64,000 nucleotides of DNA from an uncultured Eubacteriales bacterium (GCA_900320085.1 ONRC01000005.1:35735-99734); one strand, 5' to 3'; positions 28,444 to 40,647 are shown, numbered from the stretch's first letter. A program made the numbers and translations. The notes: generated by a model not told the origin, from the letters alone.

Positions 28444-29172
28444 TTAAGTTTCCTGCATCGCCGGCTTGATCTGGGGCCAGATGGTTTCCAGGCCCTTGAG
28501 CTCCCGCTCGAAGAACAGCCAGGGCTTTTCCTCGGGGGTGGGGGCGATGAAGAGCATTTGGTCCTTGGTGATGGGGTGGGCGAAGCTGAGGCGCATGCCC
28601 CACAGGGCGATCTGCTCCTTGCCCTTGCCGTTGCCGTAGCGATGGTCGCCCCAGAGGGGGAAGCCGGCGTGCTGCATCTGCACGCGAATCTGATGCGCCC
28701 GGCCCGTTTCCAGCTGGATCGCCACCAGGCTCAGCCCGTCCCGGTGCGCCACGGTGCGGCCGTGGAGGATGGCTTCCTTGCCCTGCAATTTGAGGTAAGG
28801 CGGCAGCACGGTGACCATGTTCTTTTCCGGGTCCTTGGCCAGATAGTCCACGTAGGTGAAGCGGTCAGGGGTTTCGCCCTCCACGATGGCCACGTACTGG
28901 CGGTTCAGCTCGTGCACCTTCACCTGCTCGGAAAGCCGCGCAGCCGCTTTGCTGGTGCGGGCGAACACCAGCAGACCGCCCACGGGCCGGTCCATCCGGT
29001 GCACCAGGCCGATATATGCTTCGCCGGGCTTGTTGTAGGTTTCCTTCACGTATTCCTTGATCTGATCCAGCAGGTTTTCGTTTCCCGTTTCGTCCCCCTG
29101 GGTCAGCAGGTTCTGGGGCTTTACCGCCACGATCACGTGATTATCCTCGTACAAAATAGTCGGTGTATTCAT
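28444..29172 (-). CDS. RluA-family pseudouridine synthase (no S4 domain)
   Basis: ILYEDNHVIVAVKPQNLL and the catalytic HRMDRPVGGLLVFA motif. HQIRVQ. Confidence 0.85.
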   Translation of the reverse strand: MNTPTILYEDNHVIVAVKPQNLLTQGDETGNENLLDQIKEYVKETYNKPGEAYIGLVHRMDRPVGGLLVFARTSKAAARLSEQVKVHELNRQYVAIVEGETPDRFTYVDYLAKDPEKNMVTVLPPYLKLQGKEAILHGRTVAHRDGLSLVAIQLETGRAHQIRVQMQHAGFPLWGDHRYGNGKGKEQIALWGMRLSFAHPITKDQMLFIAPTPEEKPWLFFERELKGLETIWPQIKPAMQET

Positions 29173-29262
29173 GTTATCCCTCTTTCATCGAGATGGTAAA
29201 AAAGAAATCTGTTTGGAAGCAACAATATCGGATCGTTATAATAATGCTGTACCCTTTATGGA

Positions 29263-29323
29263 TTTCTCGGAAGGGGGCCAGGGGGAAACCGCTCTTTGGC
29301 CTACAAAGAGCGGTTTCCCCCAG
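29263..29323 (+). repeat. Family-C palindromic element, minimal copy C3
   Basis: TTTCTCGGAAGGGGGCCA then GGGGGAAACCGCTCTTTG-GCCTA-CAAAGAGCGGTTTCCCCC, a perfect 18-bp stem. Confidence 0.85.
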
Positions 29324-29336
29324 CACTTTCCCGTTC

Positions 29337-30194
29337 TTACCGGGCGATCCAGCGTCCCGTCGCGCCGCAGGGCAGCACGCCGCCGGAGCGGACGGGGAGA
29401 CAAAGCTCCTGGGAGTCGATTTCGCCGCCGTATTTCCGGGCGACAGTCTTTTGCAGGATATTTTGCAGCACGGCGGGCTGGAAGCCGGTGGTGTAGCTGT
29501 TGATGAAGAAGAAGAGCGGGTCGTCGCTCAGCACCCCGGCGCAGGTGTCCACCAGGTTGAACAGCTCGTTTTCCAGCTTCCACACTTCGCCCGTGGGCCC
29601 GCGGCCGTAGCTGGGCGGGTCCATCACCACGCCGTCGTACTTGCTGCCGCGGCGAATCTCCCGCTTCACAAAGGCCAGTGCGTCCTCCACGATGAAGCGG
29701 AAGCTGGTCTCCGGTAGGCCGGACAATTCCCGGTTTTCCTTGGCCCACAGCACCATGCCCTTGGCCGCGTCCACATGGGTCACATGCGCCCCCGCATCCG
29801 CGCAGGCCAGAGACGCGCCGCCGGTGTAGGCGAACAGGTTCAGCACCTTCGCGCCGGGCCGCTGCTTCAGCATCCCGGCCATGGCGTCCCAGTTGGCCGC
29901 CTGCTCAGGGAAAAGCCCGGTGTGCTTAAAGCCCGTGGGCCGCACGTAAAACTTCAAATCCCGGTAGGAAATCACCCACCTGTCCGGCAGCTTTTCCCTG
30001 AACTCCCAGGCCCCGCCCCCTCGTTCGCTGCGGGTGTAATGTGCCTGGGCCTTCTGCCAGAGCCGATCGTTTTCCCGGGGCCAGATCACCTGCGGGTCCG
30101 GCCGGGCCAGCAGGATGTCCCCCCACCGCTCCAGCTTTTCCCCTTCGCCGGTGTCCAGCACTTCAAAATCCTTCCATCCGTTAGCAAGAAACAT
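29337..30194 (-). CDS. Class I SAM-dependent RNA methyltransferase (RlmI/RlmK-like)
   Basis: VLNLFAYTGGASLA (SAM motif I) and VVMDPPSYGRG (motif IV). ATG 30194 follows CAGGAGGA. Confidence 0.75.
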   Translation of the reverse strand: MFLANGWKDFEVLDTGEGEKLERWGDILLARPDPQVIWPRENDRLWQKAQAHYTRSERGGGAWEFREKLPDRWVISYRDLKFYVRPTGFKHTGLFPEQAANWDAMAGMLKQRPGAKVLNLFAYTGGASLACADAGAHVTHVDAAKGMVLWAKENRELSGLPETSFRFIVEDALAFVKREIRRGSKYDGVVMDPPSYGRGPTGEVWKLENELFNLVDTCAGVLSDDPLFFFINSYTTGFQPAVLQNILQKTVARKYGGEIDSQELCLPVRSGGVLPCGATGRWIAR

Positions 30195-30338
30195 AAGGTC
30201 TATCCTCCTGCGGGGAAACCCCCAATGTAGATTATAACACGGAAAAACAGCCGTTACAAGCGCAAAATAAAGCAATCAACCCATTCGTGAGCATACCGCT
30301 ATAACAAAACAATCTCAATCAAAAATCTTTCCGTGATC

Positions 30339-30386
30339 CCAAAACGCTGTCATCCTGAGCGCGTTCGGATACGCTCAGGATGACAG
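30339..30386 (-). terminator. 15-bp perfect hairpin downstream of the kinase gene (possible terminator / REP-like hairpin)
   Basis: CTGTCATCCTGAGCG-10 nt-CGCTCAGGATGACAG. On the minus strand it is followed only by CGTTTTGG, a weak U-tract. Confidence 0.45.
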
Positions 30387-30486
30387 AACAGTTGATGGAT
30401 GATCAATTTCTTAATAGACAGCGATGCTATAATATTTCATCATTTCGTTGATGGTATTGACCATATGGAAACACAAATTGCTTGCT

Positions 30487-31614
30487 TTACTGCCGGTACT
30501 TCCGGGCGCACTCGTTCACGATGGCCTGCATAGCGTCCATCTTTTCAAGCATGTCCTTGGCCAGAGCGATCTGGCAGCGGGTGCGCACCAGGTTGTGCTT
30601 TTCCTTTTTGACATTGAAGTACTTGTCGCCGTTGATATAGTCGTCCAGGAAGCGGGTGGCCAGCTCGCAGGCCAGCACAAAGCAGGACAGACCCAGGGTG
30701 GCGATCTCGTTTTCGGTCAGGGTCTTGGCGGTGTATTTCAGGAACCCTTCGGCGAAGGCCCAGAAAATGTTCAGGTTGATGCCAGCCTTGGGGTAATCCG
30801 CCGAATCCTCCTCCACAAAGTTGGCGGCGAAGCGGATGGCGTCGCCGAAGTCATGGCCCACCAGGCCCGGCATGACCGTGTCCAGGTCAACCACCACCAG
30901 GGCTTCACGGGTGTCCACGTCGAAGAGGACGTTGTTGATCTTGGTGTCGTTATGGGTCACGCGCAGGGGCAGTTCCCCCGCGTTGAACATATCGGTCAGC
31001 CTGCACGCCTGATCCTGCACGGACAGGAGCCAATCCAACTCTTCCCTGACTTCCGCCACGCGGCCGCAGGGATCGGCCTGCACATCCTGGATCAGCGTTT
31101 CATAGCGCTTGCGGGTGTTGTGGAAATCGGGGATGGTGTAATACAGGCGGCTGGCGTCAAAATCGCTCAGCACCATCTGGAATTCGCCGAAGGCCTCGCC
31201 CGCGTTGCGCACCACGCGCAGATCGTCGCAGGTGTCGAACGTGACGGAGGGCACGTAATTGCAGATGCGCCAGAAGCTGCCGTCGTCGTCCATCAGGTAG
31301 GTTTTCCGGCCGTTCTCCTCGCCCGTGTGATGGTAATGCAGGCTCACCTTGTCCGGCTGTTTTTCCCGGATGTACTCCGTCACCAGGTCGATGTTTTCCA
31401 TCAATTGAACGGGATTGCGGAACGCGTAGGTATTTACCCGCTGCACCAGATAGCTTTTGATCACCGCCATGCCCGTGCCGTCGTCCCGGACGTAATTGGC
31501 CTTGTAGGTACGGTTCACGTTGCCCTGGCTGACTTCCTCGTAGGAAAAGAACGGGCCTTTCAGATGAAACCCTTCCCCTACCTGCTGCAATTTTCGCGCC
31601 ATTTGCTGATCCAT
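30487..31614 (-). CDS. Aminoglycoside-phosphotransferase-fold sugar kinase, N-acetylhexosamine 1-kinase (NahK)-like
   Basis: 375 aa. THNDTKINNVLFD (catalytic loop), VVDLDTVMPG (DxD), and overall length and pattern like NahK/LnpB-type kinases. Specificity not established. Confidence 0.65.
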   Translation of the reverse strand: MDQQMARKLQQVGEGFHLKGPFFSYEEVSQGNVNRTYKANYVRDDGTGMAVIKSYLVQRVNTYAFRNPVQLMENIDLVTEYIREKQPDKVSLHYHHTGEENGRKTYLMDDDGSFWRICNYVPSVTFDTCDDLRVVRNAGEAFGEFQMVLSDFDASRLYYTIPDFHNTRKRYETLIQDVQADPCGRVAEVREELDWLLSVQDQACRLTDMFNAGELPLRVTHNDTKINNVLFDVDTREALVVVDLDTVMPGLVGHDFGDAIRFAANFVEEDSADYPKAGINLNIFWAFAEGFLKYTAKTLTENEIATLGLSCFVLACELATRFLDDYINGDKYFNVKKEKHNLVRTRCQIALAKDMLEKMDAMQAIVNECARKYRQ

Positions 31615-31678
31615 GGTCTTTCCTCGCTTTAATGCCGATGCCCTGTGGCATGTTGTATTTGGAGATATTCCGCCCTAC

Positions 31679-31707
31679 ATGATACCTGATTTTGCCAGAT
31701 ATGTCAA
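31679..31707 (-). promoter_or_regulatory. Sigma-A type promoter of the NahK-like gene
   Basis: Minus strand TTGACA, 17 nt spacer, TATCAT, about 60 nt upstream of the ATG. Confidence 0.6.
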
Positions 31708-31780
31708 TCAGGAAAAAACGGGTCTTTCAGCGGGTATGCTGTTCCCAAGGATAAATCGTCCATCCAGCAAGAAGGAAACA

Positions 31781-32055
31781 CTGGGGTTTCACCCCAGACC
31801 CCACCAGGGTCCTGAGGACCCTGGACCCACAACTGGCGAATTATCCTGGTTGGGTAAAGCAGGCAAGCTCCGCCTGGTGCGCTGGGCCAGAAGCACAACG
31901 GCATCAAGTCAAACTTCCGCATTTCTCCATGCCTTTACGGGAACCAAGCTGATTCACCAGACCAAGCTATTTCCGCTATTGGAGTCCAGAGGATGAAATC
32001 CTTTGGTGCAGGGGTACGGGGCCGCATAGGCCCCTGCCTCGTCGTAACCCTTTGC
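31781..32055 (-). repeat. Family-A element, copy 3 (minimal 275-nt core without M1/M2/M3 modules)
   Basis: The reverse complement aligns end to end with the conserved blocks of copies 1 and 2. Begins 72 nt after the ABC ATPase stop and ends upstream of the NahK-like promoter. Confidence 0.85.
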
Positions 32056-32127
32056 AGCATCAATAATGTAGAAAAGAATACCAACAAACGCAAAAATGTG
32101 GAGCCGCATGGGCCCCACACTTTTGCT

Positions 32128-34179
<2,052 letters not shown>

Positions 34180-34194
34180 GCTTCTCTCCCTCCC

Positions 34195-35253
34195 TTACAC
34201 GTGATTGCGGGGGTCGCAGGCGTCGGAGAACGCGTTGCCCACCAGGTAGAAGGTGATGGTGATTATGGACACGATGACGGCCGGGAACAGCAGGGTGTAG
34301 GACGCCCTGGGGAACACGGCGCGGGCGGAGGACAGCAGCATACCAAGCGAAGGCTTGGTGATGTCCATCAGGCCCAGATAGGTCAGCGTGGTTTCATAGG
34401 CGATGGTGCCGGGGATGGCCAGGGCCAGGCGCAGGATGATAACGCTGACCAGGTAGGGGAAGATGTTCCGGAACAGGATGCGGCCCAGCTTGGTGCCCAG
34501 GCAGCGGGAAGCCAGGTTGTATTCCCGGTCACGGTACATGAACACCAGGTTGCGCACGTTGCGCGCCGTGGCGAGCCAGCCAAAGCCCACCATGGCGATG
34601 CCCATGGTCAGCATGGTTTTACCCACCATCAGGGCGATCAGGGTCATATAGATAATGGTGGGGATGTTGTCGATCAGGTTATACAATTCGGTGAAGAACC
34701 GGTCCAGCTTGCGCACATAGCCCCACACCAGGCCGATGATCACGCCCACGGTGATCTGGCCGATGGAAACCAGCACCGCCAGCAGGATGGACGCGCGGGT
34801 GGCGTACCACACCTGGGCCCAGTAGTCCTGGCCGATGGCGTTGGTGCCGAACCAGTATTCGCCGTTGGGCTCAATGTAGGCGCGGTTCAGCACGTCAGGG
34901 GCCATGTTGATGTCATACTTGCCGATGGCGGAAGCCACGAACGTGAAGATGAACAACAGGATGAACACAATGGACATGATCACGGCGGACTTCTTTTTCA
35001 GGAAGTTGGCCCACACGCTCTTCCAGTAGGAATAGTTGGAATAGCCGATCTTTTCGGCTTCCTGGGCCTCGTACTTGACGAAGGAGAACAGCTGGCTTTC
35101 GGGCATCTGGCTGCGGGCCTTGGGATATTCGCGGCCCATGGGGCGCGCCCGGTGCGGGTCGGGGTCCACGGTGGAATAGTCCACGTGCAGGTCTACCTTC
35201 GGGGCTTCCAGCTCCTGAATGGTCTTTTCTTTTCTCGTATTCTTCTTGCTCAT
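34195..35253 (-). CDS. Opp/Dpp-type ABC permease (OppC-like)
   Basis: 352 aa, 6 TM, BPD_transp_1 pattern. Adjacent to the OppB-like gene with overlapping stop/start. Confidence 0.85.
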   Translation of the reverse strand: MSKKNTRKEKTIQELEAPKVDLHVDYSTVDPDPHRARPMGREYPKARSQMPESQLFSFVKYEAQEAEKIGYSNYSYWKSVWANFLKKKSAVIMSIVFILLFIFTFVASAIGKYDINMAPDVLNRAYIEPNGEYWFGTNAIGQDYWAQVWYATRASILLAVLVSIGQITVGVIIGLVWGYVRKLDRFFTELYNLIDNIPTIIYMTLIALMVGKTMLTMGIAMVGFGWLATARNVRNLVFMYRDREYNLASRCLGTKLGRILFRNIFPYLVSVIILRLALAIPGTIAYETTLTYLGLMDITKPSLGMLLSSARAVFPRASYTLLFPAVIVSIITITFYLVGNAFSDACDPRNHV

Positions 35254-36449
35254 CAGCGCACATCCCCCTTCCCGGTCAGCTTGATTCTGGGATCAATCAG
35301 GGTCATCAGCAAATCGCCCAGGAACACGCCCAGGATGCCCAGCGTGGCGTAGAGCAGCACGATGCCCTGCACCAGGTTCAGGTCATAGCGGCCGATGGCC
35401 ATGGTCAGTTCCGGGCCCATGCCGGGCACGGCGAAGAACGTTTCCACCAGCAGCGAGCCGCCCACCGTCAGCAGGATGGAATAGGGCAGGTACTGGGCCA
35501 GGGGCACGAAGGCGTTTTTCAGCACGTGGCGGAACATGACCTGACGGTCGCTGAGGCCCTTCAATTTGGCCAGCCGAATATAATCCTTGTTCAGCTCGTC
35601 CACCATGTAGCGCCGCGTCCACAGCATATAACCGGCGGTAGAGCCGATGGACAAACACACGATGGGCAGCACCATGGTCAGCCAGGGCTGGGGCGCCGTG
35701 GCATCGTAACGCATGGGCAGGCCGAAAATCGACGCGCCGGCGATCATGATGACGGTGTAGATGACCAGATGGGGCACGGCGTTCACCACGACCGTGTAGC
35801 CCGTGCCGATGTGGTCAAACAGCTTATCCTTGTACCGGGCTTGGAGCACGCCCAGCACCACGCCCAGCACCAGCGACACCGCCAGGGCAATCAGGCCGAT
35901 GCGCATGGACACGCTCATCTTGACCGCGATCACGTCGGTGACGTACTGGTTCTTTTCCAGACGGATGCTCTTGCCCAGGTTGAACATGAGGCGGGTGGAA
36001 TAATCGTCCTTCAGTTTGCCTTCAAAGGGCGTTTCCCCCGCGGCCTTCATCTTCCAATAATTGATCAGGGAGATGGGCTCGATGGACTTGACTTCCTTGC
36101 CCTTGGAATTGAACACGCGCATTTGCAGCATATCGGCAAAGAAATCCCCCAGCTGAGCGAAGACGGAACGGTTGATGTAGCCCGTGCCCTTGGCGTCCTG
36201 TTCGGTTTCGCGGCATCTGGCGCAAGCGGCGTCGCCCTCCATGCCGGTGCCGTGGCACTGGGGGCAGATTTCCATCATGCCCAAACGTTCCAGCTTGGCG
36301 TATTTCTGGCTTTCGGTAAACTTCATCAGCTCATCTTCGGTGAAGAAATAATCGCTGGGCATGAGCCGCAGCAGGAAGAACACCACGCAAACGACCAGCA
36401 GAATCACAACCAGTGACTGAAACAGCCGTTTCAGGATATACTTGACCAA
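35253..36449 (-). CDS. Opp/Dpp-type ABC permease (OppB-like) with enlarged first external loop carrying a Cys4 motif
   Basis: 398 aa. N-terminal MVKYILKRLFQSLVVILLVV is typical of OppB. The loop contains CPQCHGTGMEGDAACARC. Confidence 0.85.
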   Translation of the reverse strand: MVKYILKRLFQSLVVILLVVCVVFFLLRLMPSDYFFTEDELMKFTESQKYAKLERLGMMEICPQCHGTGMEGDAACARCRETEQDAKGTGYINRSVFAQLGDFFADMLQMRVFNSKGKEVKSIEPISLINYWKMKAAGETPFEGKLKDDYSTRLMFNLGKSIRLEKNQYVTDVIAVKMSVSMRIGLIALAVSLVLGVVLGVLQARYKDKLFDHIGTGYTVVVNAVPHLVIYTVIMIAGASIFGLPMRYDATAPQPWLTMVLPIVCLSIGSTAGYMLWTRRYMVDELNKDYIRLAKLKGLSDRQVMFRHVLKNAFVPLAQYLPYSILLTVGGSLLVETFFAVPGMGPELTMAIGRYDLNLVQGIVLLYATLGILGVFLGDLLMTLIDPRIKLTGKGDVR

Positions 36450-36869
36450 AGGTCATCCCCTCCGTTTTTATTATTTCGGGAAAAGAAACGTAATGGATTT
36501 TGGCGAATCCCGATGGAAACCGCGGGCGACACCGCGGCTTGCGTCGAGATTCATCCAGTGGGAAATTGTAAAGGGGATCTCCCCTTTACGAAAACCCGCA
36601 GCGGCGGCATGTACGCCGCGAGGACTGAAAATTTCAGGAGCGAGCGAAGACGAGCGGAAGAAATTTTCTTTCCTTACGGTTTTTCCGCCCGGGAAGCCCG
36701 AAGGGCTGACAGGAAAAACCGCAAATCGAAATGGGAAAGCATTTCCCATTTCGCGTTCCTGTGCAGCCGAAGGCGGAACAGGAACGGAATATGAAACTTC
36801 CGGGGCAGTCCGATGGGGGCCGCCCCGGAAGCGTCATTTGCTTTTATCCGGTGTTATACCGGGAGCAGA

Positions 36870-38786
36870 TTATTCAGCAGCGTAAGCGGCGGCGAAAGCA
36901 TCCACTTCTTCGGTGGTGTAGGGCTCGGTCTGAGCCTGCCAATCCACGTAGCGGTAGCTCTGCATGCCGTACATGCTGTACACCTTGGTGTAGTTATTGA
37001 TCTTGGTCAGTTCCCAGCCCACTTCGTAGGAGCAGGGGATCACCAGCGCGTGATTCAGCATGCAGGCTTCGGCCTTGGCGAAGGCGGCATAGCGGGCATC
37101 CAGATCGTTGGTGATGGCCTTGGCGGCGGTCACCAGGTCGGTGAATTCCTGATAAGCGGCGATCAGATCGGGATCGTCGTTGTCGTTGCAGTTGCTGTAA
37201 GCGTTGGAGTAGTAAGCGGCGGTGTCGTTGTAGGTTTCCTGGCCCAGGAAGTTGACGGGATCGGCGAAGTCAGCGCCCCAGCCGTTGATGTAGATGGAAG
37301 CCTTGCGGGGCTTGCGCACTTCGTTGGCCAGAGAGGAGATGTAGGTGTTGGTCTTGAGCACCACGTAATCGTCGCCCAGGCATTCGGAGAAGATGTTCTC
37401 CAGCACCTTCGCGGTCTGCGCGGCCACGTCGGAGGAACCGGCGATGTAGTAGTCCACGGTCACGGGGAAGGTGACGCCCTTGGCAGCCAGTTCTTCCATG
37501 GCTTTGGCCTTGTATTCAGCAGCCAGGTCCTTGTTCAGGCGGTTGTAGGTTTCGTCGCTGTATTCCAGACCCAGTTCTTTCAGAACCAGCTTGGTGTAGT
37601 CGGTGCCGTCAGAGGTGAAGGACACGCCGTTGCCGGTATAGCAGAAGTTCTGGCAGGACAGGGGGTTGATGGCGTTGGTGCGGGCGAAGTAGTTGGTCAA
37701 GTCGAGGCCGTAGTACAGGCTCTTGCGGAAGTTTTCGTTGGCGACAGCCTTGTTCCAGTTTTCATCGGGGGTTTCGCCGTCTTCCAGGTTCTTGCTGTAC
37801 ACCAGGTGGATCTGGTAGCTGTACTTGGTGGGGCGGGCCTGCACCAGGTTGGGCTTGTATTCGGTGTCAGAGGTGCCGCCATAGATGCCCTGCAGGGTGG
37901 CCTGGTCCAGGGACACATGGTCGATTTCGCCGTTCTTGAACAACTGGAAGGCCACGGAAGCGGAGTCCACCATCTTGATGGTCACGGTGTCGAAGCGCTT
38001 GCAGTTGGCGTCATTCCAGTAGTTGGGGCTCTTGGTGAGCACCTTCTGGTTCTGGTTCTCAAAGTAGGTCACGGTGTAAGCGCCGTTGTACCACATATCT
38101 TCCCAGGTCACATCGCGGTAGCCGTCCACACCCAGTTCTTCGATCAGCTCGGCAGACAGGGGATAGAGGCAGTTGTAGGTAGCCACAGAGGGGAAGTAGG
38201 GCAGAGCGTCCACCAGGGTGTAGGTGATGGTGCCGGCTTCATCGTCGCACACGATGCCAACCTTGGCGAATTCTTCGCCGGTGGCGTCCAGGGCCTTCAC
38301 GGCGTCCGCGCCGTCGGATTCGGTCAGGGCCTTGGTGTATTCATAATACTCCGCGGCGCCCGCGATCATTTCCATAGGCATGGAGGCGTTATAGGAATCG
38401 TTCTTGGCATAGTTCAGCACCCATTCCAGGCCGGTGGCCCAGTCGGAAGCCTTCACGTCGGCCTGCACTTCGCCGTCTTTGTTGAACCAGGTCATGCCCT
38501 CGTTCAGGGTGAAGATCCAGGTCTTGCCGCCGTCGGGAGATTCATAGCTCTTGGCGGCGTTCAGCTTCAGGTTGCCGTGGTTGTCGTTGGTCAGAAGACC
38601 ATCGTACAGGTTGCACAGCACGTTCAGGTCAGCGGCGGCCTGGGAATAATGAATGTTCCAGGTTTCCAGCTCACGGGCCTTGGTTTCATAGGTGTTCAGG
38701 TTCTTGAGTTCCTCAGCGCTCGCGCCGGTGACGGCCAGGGTGGCCAGCATCGCCAAAGCGAGAACCAATGAAAGCAGCTTCTTCAT
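36870..38786 (-). CDS. Family-5 (OppA/DppA-type) extracellular solute-binding lipoprotein/secreted protein
   Basis: Signal peptide MKKLLSLVLALAMLATLAVTGASA. 638 aa. First gene of the ABC operon. AGGAGG RBS. Confidence 0.85.
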   Translation of the reverse strand: MKKLLSLVLALAMLATLAVTGASAEELKNLNTYETKARELETWNIHYSQAAADLNVLCNLYDGLLTNDNHGNLKLNAAKSYESPDGGKTWIFTLNEGMTWFNKDGEVQADVKASDWATGLEWVLNYAKNDSYNASMPMEMIAGAAEYYEYTKALTESDGADAVKALDATGEEFAKVGIVCDDEAGTITYTLVDALPYFPSVATYNCLYPLSAELIEELGVDGYRDVTWEDMWYNGAYTVTYFENQNQKVLTKSPNYWNDANCKRFDTVTIKMVDSASVAFQLFKNGEIDHVSLDQATLQGIYGGTSDTEYKPNLVQARPTKYSYQIHLVYSKNLEDGETPDENWNKAVANENFRKSLYYGLDLTNYFARTNAINPLSCQNFCYTGNGVSFTSDGTDYTKLVLKELGLEYSDETYNRLNKDLAAEYKAKAMEELAAKGVTFPVTVDYYIAGSSDVAAQTAKVLENIFSECLGDDYVVLKTNTYISSLANEVRKPRKASIYINGWGADFADPVNFLGQETYNDTAAYYSNAYSNCNDNDDPDLIAAYQEFTDLVTAAKAITNDLDARYAAFAKAEACMLNHALVIPCSYEVGWELTKINNYTKVYSMYGMQSYRYVDWQAQTEPYTTEEVDAFAAAYAAE

Positions 38787-38982
38787 TCTTTGCTTTCCTC
38801 CTATATTGTTGATTGGGCCATGTATACAAAAATACATTGCACCCATATGCATGAAATATTATACATTCTAATAAGAAATGCTGTCAAGGCTTATTGTGAA
38901 AAAACAATAAAAACACATTTTCCCATACATTTTTTATGAAATCCATGGTATAATTTTGTTTTCCCGAAAGGAGGAAACAGCG

Positions 38983-39393
38983 TTGATTGCATGGCTGAAA
39001 AACCATTTTCATCCGTCCATGACCCGGGCCTTGATCTACAAAGTGTTTTCGAGGGGCATCCTGGCGCTGTTTGCCGCGCAGCTGGTTCACTTTTTCGCGC
39101 CTGCGTCCTGGCCGCTGACCCGATTTAACAATCTTGCGGCGGCGCTGGGCATTCTGTTCGTTTTATTCGCCGTGCTGGCCTGGCTGCGGTATGACGGGCT
39201 GAAAATCCCTCATGCGAAGCTGCCGCGCATGAAACGAAAAGACCCGCCCTTCCTTACCAACGATATCGCCGACCACCTGGATGACGATGTCATCCTGTTT
39301 GACGATCTGGATAAGGAAGAGCAGGACGTTTGCGTTTTGCTGGCCGATGTGATTTTGGCCGTTATTTGCTTTGCGTTGATGGCATTTGTGTAA
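38983..39393 (+). CDS. Small membrane protein of unknown function
   Basis: A TTG at 38983 lies 8 nt after AGGAGG. Predicted TM segments ILALFAAQLVHFF, LAAALGILFVLFAVLAWL and VLLADVILAVICFALMAF. An extended -10 (TGGTATAAT) lies upstream. Confidence 0.5.
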   Translation: MIAWLKNHFHPSMTRALIYKVFSRGILALFAAQLVHFFAPASWPLTRFNNLAAALGILFVLFAVLAWLRYDGLKIPHAKLPRMKRKDPPFLTNDIADHLDDDVILFDDLDKEEQDVCVLLADVILAVICFALMAFV

Positions 39394-39410
39394 TAAGAAG
39401 TGCAAGCGGA

Positions 39411-40577
39411 TTATTTGGAATGAAGAAACGCCTGATTCGCCCGGATGAACGCGATGCGCTGCTTCACGCAGTCCACGCTGCGGCCGGGGTCGGCGGGGGT
39501 GTTGAACACATAGTCCTTGAGTCGATCAATATCGGTGGTGGCGACGTGGAGGCGGGTATCGCTGGAAGCGTAGTAGATGTATACCTTGCCGTCCGGCGCG
39601 GCAATGGCACCGTTGGTGAAAGCCACGTTGCTCACGTCGCCCACGCGCTCGTCCCCCAGGGGCCCGATCAGGAATCCGCCGGGCTCGGCGATCACCCGGG
39701 AGGGATCGTCCAGGGCCGTGGCGAAGCAGTAAATCACATACCGCAGACCCGCCGCCGTGTTGCGCACGCCGTGGGCGATATGAATCCAGCCTCTGTCCGT
39801 TTTGATGGGCACCGCGCCCGCGCCGTTCTTGCTTTCGGTGATGGTGTGGTACTTGCGGACGGAGGTCATTTTTTCTTCGTCAATGACCGCGTGGGTGATG
39901 TCGTCGCACAGGCCGAAGCCGATGCCGCCGCCGGAACCGGTTTCGATAAAGTCGTCCATGGGCCGGGTGTAGAAAGCGTATTTGCCGTTCACAAATTCCG
40001 GGTGCAGGCACACGTTGCGCTGCTGGGGCGAGCGCAGGGTGACCAAGTTCGGCAGCCGCTCCCAGGTTTTCAAATCCTTGGTGCGCACGATGCCCGCGGC
40101 GGCCACGGCGGCGGAGAGATCGTTCACCGACGTATCCTTGCTTTCCGAGCAGAACACGCCGTAGATCCAGCCGTCCTCGTGCCGGGTCAGGCGCATGTCG
40201 TACACGTTGGTTTCCTCAGGGCAGGTGTCGGGCAGGAGGACGGGCTCGTCCCAGAAGCGGAAGCCGTCCACGCCATTATCCGATTGCGCCACTGCGAGAA
40301 AGCTCTTGCGGTCGCTGCCCTCCACCCGGGCCATGAGGGTGAATTTGCCGTCCAGCAGGATCGCGCCGCTGTTAAAGACCGCGTTCACGCCCAGGCGCTG
40401 CATCATAAAGGGATTCGTTTCCGGGTTCGGATCGTACATCCAGAAGGGCGGGATGTGATCCCGGGTCAGAACCGGGTTCGTCCAGCGCTCAAAAATGCCG
40501 TTGTACCGCTCCCGGTTCACGGTGTTTTTTGTTTGAATCAGCTTTTCGTACCGCGCTTCCAATTCCTGATAGGTCAT
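39411..40577 (-). CDS. GH130 4-O-beta-D-mannosyl-D-glucose phosphorylase-like enzyme
   Basis: 388 aa. The N-terminus [41 protein letters not shown], and GH130 blocks ([30 protein letters not shown]), resemble the Bacteroides/Ruminococcus MGP type. Adjacent to an epimerase. Confidence 0.8.
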   Translation of the reverse strand: MTYQELEARYEKLIQTKNTVNRERYNGIFERWTNPVLTRDHIPPFWMYDPNPETNPFMMQRLGVNAVFNSGAILLDGKFTLMARVEGSDRKSFLAVAQSDNGVDGFRFWDEPVLLPDTCPEETNVYDMRLTRHEDGWIYGVFCSESKDTSVNDLSAAVAAAGIVRTKDLKTWERLPNLVTLRSPQQRNVCLHPEFVNGKYAFYTRPMDDFIETGSGGGIGFGLCDDITHAVIDEEKMTSVRKYHTITESKNGAGAVPIKTDRGWIHIAHGVRNTAAGLRYVIYCFATALDDPSRVIAEPGGFLIGPLGDERVGDVSNVAFTNGAIAAPDGKVYIYYASSDTRLHVATTDIDRLKDYVFNTPADPGRSVDCVKQRIAFIRANQAFLHSK

Positions 40578-40647
40578 GATTACTTCCTCCATTTTTGCAA
40601 ACAGTCATAAAAAACGAGTCATTTGTTTTTACTTTCCCCCTTTCGCC

